Positions 51,800-62,899 of a DNA stretch of 64,000 nucleotides are shown one piece after another; within the stretch, counting starts at the first letter, position 1; every line of letters starts with the position of its first letter. Under the pieces are notes generated by a model, which was given only the letters and a program-made list of their open reading frames with translations, searched no databases and was not told the DNA's origin. This DNA is from Raillietiella orientalis. Taxonomy: Eukaryota. The DNA is taken from positions 4,464,001-4,528,000 of the forward strand of contig JAYWIR010000006.1 in NCBI GenBank assembly GCA_036172245.1, read 5' to 3'. The translations under genes and the position numbers were made by a program.

Positions 51800-52620
51800 A
51801 CTGTAGCGGACTCAACCACATGAGCTGGCGAATCTTTCCTCTTTCCAGGAAGACGAATGTTTTGAATACAGTTTGGACAGGTAAGAGGATGGCGCTCAGG
51901 CGTTCAGTTCCTTCTCCGTGTCGCCCAGTGCACGGACATCGTGAAGTTTACGGATGTGCCCAGTTTCCGCATCCTCTCGGCCCGAGCGAGGGCGGAGCTC
52001 GCCCGCCTGCGACGAGGCAGGAACGCTCGACAGTCGCTGCAGGAGATCGTATGCAACCCGCGGAAGATGCTGTGGCCCCTCGTCTACCGCCATTGCCCTG
52101 GAGGCGCCCTCCCTTTGGGAAGAAAAGGACGGCGTAATCCCAGCAAGGTGGGAAGTCATATGTTGCATTGCAGAGAAAATGAAACTTCTGGGTGCGTGGA
52201 CAACTGGACAACTTACGGGCGCTGCGACGCGGAGTGTCCCACGCAAAGGACATCTAGGTTGGGAAGAGCTGCTCACAATCCCTTGAGAGCAGGGAGAGTG
52301 GCTCTCAGCGTGCTGCAACAGTGGCGACCCCCCCTCCTTCAGAACCTGCTATGGATGCCGGTGATCTAGCTCCTGACGTCCTCTGGAATATGGGCCCACT
52401 CGGCAGCCGACGCCAAAGAACCCTGTCCCCTACCCTCCCCATATCTTTATTTCTATTTTTTATATGTGTATTTGTGGTCCCCTCTCTTCCCTTCCGGACT
52501 TTCGGTTTACCGACCTGCGTGTCGGGGATCCCTCCCTTCGTTTTTTCTGTGTCCTTTGTCCGGGAACTCTGTTCCCGGATAGTTTAGTAATGAACGCCCC
52601 GGTGCACCCGGGTGAGAAAC
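51800..52620 (+). mobile_element. 5'-truncated L1/Tx1-like copy
   Basis: HCRENET finger remnant (~52165); the 3' UTR is homologous to 62540-62745; terminus at 52589-52620. Confidence 0.75.
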
Positions 52621-52624
52621 AGTG

Positions 52625-53340
52625 GCGCCCCCCTCTCAAGTGGTAGCAGCTGGTGCTGTTGGTGGTGCATCAAGGAACCCCGTGCACAGCGCGCCTTCAC
52701 CATGGGACAGAGGGATAGCATGGATGCTAAATGAGACTTACAAAGCTGCGGACTTACAAAGGACTCGACGATCCACATTCTCAAAAGCAACTTGACGTCC
52801 AAGTTCACCAGGGTGATCGGTTGCCAGTTGCTGAGATGGCGCAAGTCTCCGCCTTTCGGCAGACGACGCACCTTCTCCGAGAGAAACGAGGCGGGAACAT
52901 CGCCCGCGTCTCTCATCAGAGACGATAGGCTCAGCATTAGGGATGCGAGTCCTGGCGCGATGCACTGGAAAAATCGCACCGGCAGCCCATGCTCGCTTGA
53001 TGCTTCCCTCCCTGGAACCCCGCGATGGCGGAAGGAGTTCCCTTCATCGTAAGGGGCTCGTCAGGACGTACGCGTTCCTCCTCGCTGATGTCAAGGTCAT
53101 CCCGCGATAGGAGCAGCCCCGAGAGACCACTTTCTATGGGCGCCTCCGCGTACAGCAACGAGTGGTAGAGCATTCCTACGCGACATAAGTCTGTCGGGGG
53201 CGAGCATTCCTGCCTGTGGGCAGGTAAGCCGTTCCAGATTGCCAGACCTGACGCTCGATTCCCGCTTTGTGCTCTTCCAGGCGCCAGAGGTCCAAGAGTG
53301 GAATAACTCCTCTCGTTCGAAGGCAGGTGGACGTTTAATT
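52625..53340 (-). mobile_element. L1/Tx1-like RT N-terminal fragment
   Basis: LPKGGDLRHLSNWQPITLVNLDVKLL in ORF 52584..52979, the canonical L1-group PK.GD...NWRPI.L.N.DYK motif. Confidence 0.9.
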
Positions 53341-53344
53341 TTAT

Positions 53345-53730
53345 CACCCTATCGCGCCGGGACGTTTATTAAATAAACAAATCAGGAACGAAGTCCCCAA
53401 TCAGGCCAACAAACAAACAGGGGAGGACAAAGAAACGCAGGCAGGGAAAACGGAAAGTCCTCAACGGGGAAAGGAACAAGGGAAGAACAAAAAAAAGAGA
53501 AACGAAAAACAAAACGTGAGGGAAGGGGCACTTTGGCGACGCTCCGCAATCACCGGGGTAAAAGCAAAAAGCGCCAAGAAAGATGAGGAGCGTAAGGAAA
53601 CGACGGATTAGAAAAAAAAAATGATACAAATTAAAATAAATAAATGAAGGGAATAAGGGGACGAGGCTCACCGCGTGCGCCGTTCCAAATTGTCCATAAA
53701 CCGGGATACCCACAGACTTCACGAACCTTG
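53345..53730 (-). mobile_element. Very short copy consisting almost only of the 3' UTR (extreme 5' truncation or SINE-like derivative)
   Basis: The reverse complement aligns by eye with the 3' UTR at 39790-40070; terminus at 53345-53370. Confidence 0.75.
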
Positions 53731-53792
53731 GCGTTCTCTTGGGGAACTTCTGCGTTGCAGAAGCGTGATCAGTCTGTCTTTCAAAGGATTCT

Positions 53793-56400
53793 CACCCCGT
53801 TGGGCAGGGGCGTTTATTTCAATGAGAAAATAAAGCTTCAAGCAAGAAGGAACGCAGTGTTCTGTGAATTAAAAAAAAAGGAAACAAAAAAAAAATTCAT
53901 CAGGGGAGGACTTGCTGACTTGCGGAGCAAACAAGTAATTGCTTGCAGAATTGTGGTAAAGGGATGAACAAATAAATAATCGACGGATGGGGATGAGGAC
54001 ACCGGGTTTGCTGTCTATCTTCTGAATTTTTCGCACGCTGTTGCTGATCTCCCTGCTGACTTCCAGATGAGGGCAGATGAGATGAGATCACCTGCATACT
54101 TTTCTTAGGTAGACCACAGCGATGCAGGCAGCCTCTCTTCACCGTCGGTGCAACTCCAACGGGTATCGGACCGTGAGAATGCGGCGGACGCAACACAAAG
54201 TCTCGATCGCAGCGGCAGGAGGGAGCACGTCTCAGCTGAAGAACGGAGCAGCAGTTCAATTGCCGTATCTTCTGGAAAGGAAGAAGAGCCGATGCCAGTC
54301 ACTCCAAGAGCGAGGATGAGGTCGCAACTCATCAGAAGGTGGGATCGCTTCGATCTCCCGGCGTCTGGCACACTCCGCAGACGCCCCCCTCCCCCCTCGT
54401 AAGATGATGCATACGTTCGTTACAGGGAAGATCCAAGTGCAAGAGAGTGCTGCACGCCGTGTTGCCACTGGAGAGGGAAGACAATTGAGTCTAAACACAG
54501 GGGGGCGGTACAGAATTCTTTTAAGAGCACACTCAAAGTTTCGCTCCCTCGGAGAATTCCCTTTGCATGTAAGCAAGCAGTAGCCTTGTTGACCAGCACC
54601 TTCGTGGAGGTTCACCTAGGAGATTTCTTACCCCTGCTATGCTGCAGGACAACTCTTATGTCGACGGTAGGCAAATTCCATGGCTTTTCCATGGAGAACC
54701 AAAAATGTGCGACCAAAAATGTGGCGGATGCAAGAGCTCAATTGGTCGTTTCGTCGATGATTCTTTGCAGGGATATCAGATCGAACCGTAAACTGGAACG
54801 GAATCTTTCGGACTAGTGCTAGTAAGAAGAGTCCAAGAATGCACACATTCCTGCCGTCATATCTGAATGCTTGGTGGGAGGCAGAGGATCCATTGCTTGG
54901 ATTGCAGCAAGGAGGCGAGCATTATGGCGCTCAAGAGAAAACCAACAGGATTCAGGAGAAATTTCAAGAGCCTCATCAGTATTCGGTTAGAAAAAGCAGG
55001 GATGTCAGTCCTTCACAACCGGATGCCCGCCGCAAAATGTGACGAGCGAGCAGACACCACTGCTGATTCCATGCTCTCTCCATCAGTGTGTCTTCGAAAA
55101 TGGAGCTGCAGTTCCAACCTTTCCAGGGTGAGGATGCCGAGCTTTGCATCCCTCCGAGGCGCATCAATGTCCTTGAGGAGGGCGCGGGGCCGCAACGAAC
55201 CCCAGAGGGTCCTCCTCAAAAGTCCGTCAGCTCGTTTGTTTCCCTCTCGCCTTGGCGAGAGGGGAACAAACAAAAAAAAACAATCGGATGAAGGGAGCCA
55301 CGAAAGAGTTCCAGATCTAGGCCCGCTTCGGCAGATAGCACCTGACTTCCAGGAGCGGGCCAAGAGTCTCCTATGCTTCTTGATGGAAGCCGGACCACAC
55401 TTCCTCAGCACAGAAGTTGCCCAATGGTACATCAATATACTTAAAGTGCCTGCCTGTGAGGATCCCCAGCAGATCCAGTCCGACTACCCCTTTAACTTCT
55501 CTCCAACCAACACGAACGTGGAATTCGCCTTGCTCACGCGCAGACCCGCTCCCGGGCTTGAAGAATTCCTTGAGCTTGGTCCGAAGTGGACCTGGGGAAC
55601 AGAAGAAGCAGATCGTGAGGGTAGACCGCCGTGGCCTGCGTGCACGGGCAGGACGTGGCAGGTTGGCCACTGTTGCCCTGTATCATCAACTCGAAGTAGA
55701 CTCTGAACAAGATGGGACAGAGGCTGTCACCTTGCCTACTTCCTTGGCGCACCGGCACGCCGTAATCGTGCCGACCGCTGAAACCAATGTTTATTAGTGC
55801 ATCGCGTCACTGCGAGTGGAAGTCCAAGGAGCTCCAGAGGGAGCTTCTGGCTCACGCAGTCGAATGCTCTGTGAAAGTCGACCGCGACTGCGAAAACACC
55901 AGGTTTTTCTTCCTGAATGCGAGTACTGTTCCCCGAGCCCTTCCGGGAGATAAGATTTCCCGAAGATAAGGGTATGATCTTATCCCCAAGTACCTCCGCT
56001 GCAACCCGCTGTTGCAACCTCATGTAGGTTCGCGTGAAAACAGATTCGTCTTCGTACTTCTTCCCGGAACAGCATAGGTCCGATCTGGACTGTTGGAGGA
56101 GTCGTCTAGCCGTCCCAACCGCGCTGTCCACATCCTGTAGACCAGCGTGACGTCCGCGCTTACCAGAGTAATCGGACGTCAACCTCTCGGGTTTCTCAAA
56201 TCTTTTTTCGGTAGGAGACGTACCTCTGTTCGACCGAAAGAAGGCTGGTAGCATGGAAACGATGGACCCACTATGTGCCAAGATTCCTCGTGGTGCATTC
56301 CTGCACGCTTTATCCTGCGACGTTGCGTTGGCAGCAAAGGACTTCTGTCTCTGCTTCCACGCAGGCAATACCGTAAGAGGAGACTTGGCTTCCCGCTGAG
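53793..56400 (-). mobile_element. L1/Tx1-like ORF2 remnant with RT, thumb, CCHC finger and 3' end
   Basis: VDFHRAFDCVSQ, GSRQGDSLCPILF, YPHDLLLL, FKYIDV, LRRTLWG...APRRDAKLGIL, HLLMSC; terminus at 53793-53818. Confidence 0.9.
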
Positions 56401-56419
56401 GCAAACTGTCTTGCTCCTG

Positions 56420-57597
56420 GAAGCCTATCCTTGGATCTTCTGCCCTCCGATAAACTCAAATAAACGGCTTTTTCTCCTGAGCTTCTACAGTGGGAATGAT
56501 TCCAGAAATACTTATTCATCTGCGATTCACAGCTTGCCATTGAAAAGTGGTCTGCAAGACACGAACAGGACTGCCAATCTGACCTTCACACCTCTTTTCG
56601 CAGCGCTGTTTGTCCTTAGGGCAAGTGACGACAGCTGTCTACCAGTGAGATAGGAGTTGTCCTGCACCATTCCAAGAAGAACGAAACTCCTATACGGATG
56701 GAAGCAGACTGAGCTGGCGGACTCCACCACTCCACGTTATAGGGGGAAGGGATTGCTTCGATGAAGCGAGCTGCTCAGAAAGACCTCCGACGAGCTTTTT
56801 GTCCCTCTTTTGTGTCTCGGCACTTCCGTGTTTTCTCTAGAGCGGAAACAGGACATCATGCTGTTTCACGTTGGGGTTTCCAGTACAACCAGCTTTGGAA
56901 CCGGATTTTCGGGGTAGTCGTGTCTCCTAACTGTTTGAGGTGCGGAGCAACTGGATCGTTCTCGCACCTCTTGCTGGACTGCACTGCTCTCCAGAAACTC
57001 TGGTGGAGGCTGAAGTTAGCACTTCTGCACACCGAAGACACTGCGACAGACTTGCTGCGGCGATTTCTTGCGATTGGTGGAGACACGAATGACGCCGCCA
57101 TAGCAACCACATGCTACATTCGTGCCATCGTTACAGTCTGCTATATGCTGGAGTCTCGAACGCAGCGAATGGAAGTCTCCAGCATCGCAGCTGTCTACCA
57201 TGAGATGGCTTATAGGTGGCCTCACCTGGAAATGGAAGTCAAAAAGGAATTCTCCTATATCCTGCAACGTTTCGAAAAGATAGGAAAGCACATTGCAATC
57301 CTTTACCCATCTTTTTTTTTTTTTTTTACAATTGTTTACTTCCCAATTATTCTTTTTCCGGTGTCCCATGAAGGAACGGAAAAATGAGAAGATCCCGCTC
57401 CTGCCTTGTAGTTTATTTTTGTTTTCCTGCCCCTATCCCTCTGTTCTGGACGTTGAGGAAACTCGTCTGACATTTCGTAGAATCCACCCCTTGAAATTCC
57501 TTTGGTCACCTTACATCGAAATCGCCGTCTCGAAGGTTCCTTTCTCATCTCAAAGGTTTAGTTTCAAAATAAAAGTTTCGGAGTAACCGGGTGCAAA
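56420..57597 (+). mobile_element. 5'-truncated L1/Tx1-like copy with the best-preserved C-terminal domain
   Basis: ORF 56761..57387: PNCLRCGATGSFSHLLLDCTALQKLWWRL...DLLRRFL...CYMLESR...MAYRWPHLE; terminus at 57568-57597. Confidence 0.88.
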
Positions 57598-57599
57598 TC

Positions 57600-59600
57600 T
57601 GCTTGCACAGCGAGAGAAGATGTTTTTTGGTCGCTCCGTGTGCGCTAATGTACTTTTGGGTTCTTTTGTGTGGCTCAGTACTTTGGGTTTCAGAAGAATG
57701 GCCACCACGGAAGCCATGGATGTTCAAGAAGCTGCAGAAGTCCAAGTGTCGACTTATACGACACGCAGCCTCCATGTTCTTTCCATATTATCTGCGAGGA
57801 GGTTCGCGGAAGTCGCTGCTGCTTCGGCAGACAACGGGGGAGCTCGGCCATCCAAAGATACAGGCATGCGTATCCTATGGCTACAAGCTCGTGCTTCGGC
57901 TCCAGGTAGGGCACTTTTTGCCATGTCGATCAGCGTAAGAACTCAGCGAAAAGCTTTATCGGGTTAAGTCCGATGGGAGGACGTGTCCTTACTTATGCCG
58001 ATTAGTGGGCTGCCGGTTTTGTAGGCTGTCCTGCAAGAAAGCACTTTTCGTGCGGAGATTGCTGCGAAGCCCTCTAAACAATTGGGGGCAAAAGGTCGTT
58101 CCTTCTGCAGAGGACCACTTGGGGGTAAGTGGGATCGAGACCCAAATCACGGACCGCGATTCAACTGCGACGTTAGGAGCAATGGCAACCATGCTCGGGT
58201 TGTTGCAAAAATCAAATTTCGCAAAGTGGTTCGAGGATACCCACAGCAGGCCCGTCGAGGTGCGTAGAACAACCGCGAGCAGTAAGTTGCTTTTGCAGAC
58301 GGTGCAGGCGAAAGGCGCGGTCGTTCGCCCGTGGTTCATCGGACAGCAGGGTGCGTGCGTCCAGTGAGACAAGGAGAGGCATCCGAACAGAAGGTGCTTC
58401 TCCGGTATCTGTCTTCACTGCAAGGAGCTCGGAGATTCCAAGATCACTATCTTGGAGCTGCCCAGGGTCCCGTAAAGAAAAAGGACATCACGAGACCCCT
58501 CGCAAGGGGTGGACACGAAGTCCATGCAAGCTCTAAGTGAGAATAAAAAAAACAACGCCGAGAAAGCCCCTGTCAAAGACGCTCACGAAAGCGAACGCAA
58601 CGGAAAACAGACAGCTGTGTCAGAGTGCGTCCAAGGCAAAGAAAAAACAGCGCTATTCTGCGAACAAAAAGCCGCGGGCAACGCATCCGGAAGCAGACAG
58701 ACATATCGGTCCGCGTCCAAAGCAGCGAAGCCGCCAACTGACGAGAGCACTGCAGCGCCTCGCAGAAACGTATCGAGAGCGGTGCCACTGCACATCCCAT
58801 CCCATCTCTCGCGAAACCGACGAGAGCGCCTGCGCGTCCTTTCAACCTCGAGACGCAGCATCCAAGGCAGAGCAAAATTCCGCGACCGCCTCCCCTGCAA
58901 GCGTCTCGTGGATGCGAAGCGACAGCGCTCGAGACATCTCGCGGAAAGGAGAAGAAGTGCGCTAGATCGCACTCCGAGACTCGAGACGCAGAAACTGAGA
59001 CAGCGCCACCTTCCTCGACCGCCCACGCATCAGCGAGGTCGCCAACTGACGAGACCACTCCAGCGGCGAGACATCTCGCGGGAACCAGATGAAGCGCGCC
59101 TGCTCTCTCCCATCCTCGGGGCGCGGCGTACGGGGCAGCGCAATCGCCCGCAACCGCCTCCACGGCAACCAATCCGTATACTGACCACGCGACGGGGAGA
59201 CGCGCGCGAGTTCTGACGTGTCAATGGGGTACTCAATCAACGGTTTTATTTGCACAACCGGAGAAGAATCTCGAAGGGTAACAGATCCTTGATTACTGCA
59301 AGTATCGTGGAGCGTCAACAGCCGATCGCGGTCACTCAGCGGAGGCATCCGGCATTCACCAGTGCTGAATTCGGACAGAAAGAACAACTCGATCTGGAGG
59401 AAAAGAATAAAAACCCACAGCAGCCACTACTCTTTGTCCACTTTTCACTGTATTCGACGACTCCGCAGCGCTTGCTACCACGCGAGCAAACCGGAGCTAC
59501 ACGGCCGCCAATTTGAGTGTGTGCCTGCAGTCTTTGAAGGAAAGATGAACGATCAAAAAAGTACACTTGAGCACATGTGGCTGGGTGACATCAGGCAATG
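57600..59600 (+). mobile_element. Tx1-like ORF1 remnant (tandem zinc knuckles) followed by a low-complexity region and a probable APE start
   Basis: WFIGQQGACVQ*DKERHPNRRCFSGICLHCKELGD at 58332-58436 matches the Y/F.GQ...C..C...GH....C....C..C...GH pattern. Confidence 0.65.
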
Positions 59601-60393
59601 AGGCAGAGAAAGCGAATGTGGACGTGCTCAGAGAAGGCCCAGGGGTCACAGGGTGGTCCCGCTTGTTTCTGCAGACTTTGAGAACTCTCGTTAGTATGTA
59701 GGACTAGGACACCCGCAGCCCCTGATGATGAAGAGAAGGGTTTGAGATTGCATATGAGCTAACCGTCACTCTGCTTTAGAGAAACCTGCTAACCGGTGAG
59801 CCCGGAGTGCAGAATGCAAATTCCCGTGTTCTCTAGTGAACAGATGAGAGATAGATTTTATCCCATTACCCTTTCCTTGAGTTCGTGTTCGACGGCTCAT
59901 CCACTTTCTGTGCAGGAGCCGTCGAAGAATGATCACATCGGCGTGCACAGTCATGCTGTTCCAACTTCGACTCCTTTAACAAGCCTTCTCTAATCCAAAG
60001 CCTTATTTCTAGGTGACTGACTCCTAAAGCCTTGTGTTGGCTGTTGATTTTCGGTGACCTCGATCGTGGCAAACGCTCCGATGGAGATTCTTGCGATCGC
60101 GTTAGAGAACCTTTGATCTCTCAACAGAAGATAGGGATCTGGTTTCCATAATACTGCCTGCCTTTTCATACCATCCTGGTGCAGCCAACGCAAAAGCTGC
60201 TGCTAGTGGAACCAGAGTTGAGATATTTTTGTTTTCAATAGAGGGTTCAAGGGACAATAAATGGATTCGTGTTCTCTTGGAGAGGTGGTGAACTCGACAG
60301 GGTTGGAGCAACCAAAAGGATGCAGAGTACTTGCATCAGAGAAAAGTGACTTTTCCAGCGTGCTCCACCACTCAAGGGGGAAGTGGGAACAAA

Positions 60394-61693
60394 CACCCTG
60401 AAATCTCGCGTATAATACGCGCATTTTTTCCCCTCAATTCAACTCGCGAGAATCAGGGAGCATATTATACAGGGTACAAAGTTCTGCTCAGTGTGCACGA
60501 GATGTACACAGTGCAACCATCTGTGTTGCGCGTTAAAGCGTCACCCGCGATCGACTTGAATTTTTTCAGTGTTCACCGTGTTAGAAATTCGGCAGAATGT
60601 GACTGACATACATTGCATGTGTGTGCGCCATTGGAGAATATCCTAAGAAAACGATTCTAACGAAATAAAGAGGCGGTGTGTGGGAGTGAACGCAAATCGT
60701 AGACTGTCACTCTATCCTTCCTCTTTTGCTACTTTGAATAAGAAAGTTAACTGAGACTCCGTTCGAATAACAGACGAAGAAAGCGTAGGATAGGAAAAGC
60801 GTAGGACAGGAAGAGCGTAGGACAGGAAGAGCGTAGGACAGGAAAAGCGTAGGACAGGAAAAGCGTAGGACAGAAAGAGTGTAGGACAGAAAGAGTGTAG
60901 GACAGAAAGAGTGTAGGACAGAAAGAGTGTAGGACAGGAAGAGCGTAGGACAGGAAAAGCGTAGGACAGGAAAAGCGTAGGACAGAAAGAGTGTAGGACA
61001 GGAAGAGCGTAGGACAGGAAAAGCGTAGGACAGGAAAAGCGTAGGACAGAAAGAGTGTAGGACAGAAATAATTCTGTCCTACGCTTTTCCTGAATCAACG
61101 AACGGAAGTCGTAGGCGAATTAAAAGCGTACTTGAAAAATGAATTCGAGAAAGGCTTAAAGAGCAGCAGAGAAGGCGTTGAAATACGCAGCATCTCGCGT
61201 CAATCGGTCGGCAAGCCTTTGTTTTTCCATCAACGGGCAAACATCCGTTTATGGGGAAAAGACAAAGAGGCACTGCGAATGTTGCCCGGTGAAGAGAAAG
61301 CAAACCGCGGATCACAACCAAGTTTTCCAGAGTTGGGGAAAACTACTGGAATAGGTGGTAGATAAAAGGCAAGAGGGCCTCGGGATTTCTCGCATCGGAA
61401 TCAGGCTTGAAGCCCTGGAATTGGAAAAGTCTCTGAAGATCAAAAAAGAATTCAAAACCTCATGGATTTATGGAGCGACGTGACCTCTTAGTATTTTCTA
61501 ATAAGATTTAAGTTTTCATTTGTATTTTTCATTGAAATTTGAAATTCTGTTAGTACTTTATGAAATTTGAAATCAAATTTTGAAAATCATGAGTGAGCAT
61601 CATACACAAAGGTTCGTTTCTTCTGAAAGTTCCTGGCCAAATCCTAGGTGAGCACTATTCGCGAGTGCGTATTACGCGCCAGATTTCACGGTA
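60394..61693. mobile_element. Non-autonomous pogo/Tc2-like (Tc1/mariner superfamily) DNA transposon, ~1.3 kb
   Basis: Terminal inverted repeats CACCCTGAAATCTCGCGTATAATACGCG (60394-60421) and, as reverse complement, TACCGTGAAATCTGGCGCGTAATACGCA (61666-61693) match 22/28. The right end is TA-CCGT type, and subterminal GNGCRTATTA-like motifs are present. Confidence 0.7.
60783..61070 (+). repeat. Minisatellite, 18 copies of a 16-bp unit GYGTAGGACAGRAARA, followed by an inverted copy (61072-61092)
   Basis: Counted directly; no spacers between units. Confidence 0.97.
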
Positions 61694-61899
61694 TGCGCAT
61701 GGTGTTCATCTCCCCTTTATCTCCTCACTGCGAGGCCCAAGGATTGATATGACGGCTCCTCGATGAATGCCACGAGGCATTTGGGTCCGCTTGGATCCCT
61801 TGCAAAATGTGCAAGTTATATCGGATGGCGTTTCGAGTGGGACGTTTGCATGTCCTTCCAGTGCCTCCCTGAAGGCACGTTGTCATTGGAAACGTGTGG

Positions 61900-62745
61900 G
61901 TTGGCTCGCGGCTTGGTAGTGGGCGCGCTCTCTCAATCAGGGTTTGATTTCTGGGAACGCGTAGGAGAGTTCGTGTGGGACGGTTGGGTTTGAGTTACAC
62001 ATTTGCAAATGAAAAAAGCAACAGTGAGGTCCGCAGAAGTCCAAATTTTGAAGGATTGATGGCGGTCACGCACACGATTTACAAATGACTGCAGAGTGGA
62101 GTTTTGATGCGACACAACAACACCAGCACAACAGCGCGCGAACATCGTTTCCGGGGAAGTTTCCCCCCGGAACTGTGGACGGTGCGGAGCAGAGGAAACG
62201 CTCCCGCACCTGCTCTTCGACTGCGATGTCCTCGGAGGTCTGTGGCGGAGGCTGGCTTCGGCGCTCCTCCACCAAGGTGGCACAACGAGGATTTTGATGC
62301 GCCGCTTCTTCACGCCAGGCGACCTGTCGTTCGGTGCGGTCGTCGCAATGATCTGTCGCATCCGCACCATCGGCACGGCCCACCGCCAGTTGGAGTCTCG
62401 TGCGACTTTTCGAGAGGTCCACCAGTTTGGCCTAGGATAATATGACGTCGGCTGCCAGGCGGTCTCATCTTCCAGAAGACAAGGAAGGAGATCTCCGGCA
62501 TTCAACGCCGCTTCTGAAAGGAAGGAATGACCGAAGCCAAAGACCTCTGTCCCCTCCCCTCCCCATATTTTCATTTATATTTTTCTATATATTCATTTGT
62601 AGTCTCCTCCCTCCCGTTCCGAACTTTCGGATTGACCGAACTACGTGTCGGGGAGCCCTCCCCCCGTGTCTCTGTAACCTTTGTCCGGGAACCTTGTTCC
62701 TGGATAGTTTTTGAATAAATGTCCCGGCGCACATGGGTGGAAAAC
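61900..62745 (+). mobile_element. 5'-truncated L1/Tx1-like copy
   Basis: PPNCGRCGAEETLPHLLFDCDVLGGLWRRL at ~62165-62255, QLESR, a T-rich UTR, and the terminus at 62714-62745. Confidence 0.88.
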
Positions 62746-62899
62746 AGCGCAGCAGCACGACGAACCATCGAGAGTGCCGTGCGGTTTCGCCTCCATTTCT
62801 TGAATTCCCATGCTGAGCACGCAAGGATTACCAGGATATTTGAAGCCTTCGCAAATTTCTCCTTCCTCCGAAAAGGCATCCATAGTAGGAGATTCGACG

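Noticed and set aside
57545..57775. APE start motif LNIHGFR on the minus strand
   Set aside because: The region is better explained as plus-strand ORF1 leading into the zinc knuckles at 58332-58436; no downstream APE motifs follow.
60783..61070. CRISPR array or telomeric repeat
   Set aside because: Contiguous 16-bp units with no unique spacers, eukaryotic context and no cas genes. It contains TAGG but not tandem TTAGG/TTAGGG.
60712..61098. 128-aa ORF with 16-aa periodicity
   Set aside because: It is simply the translation of the minisatellite.
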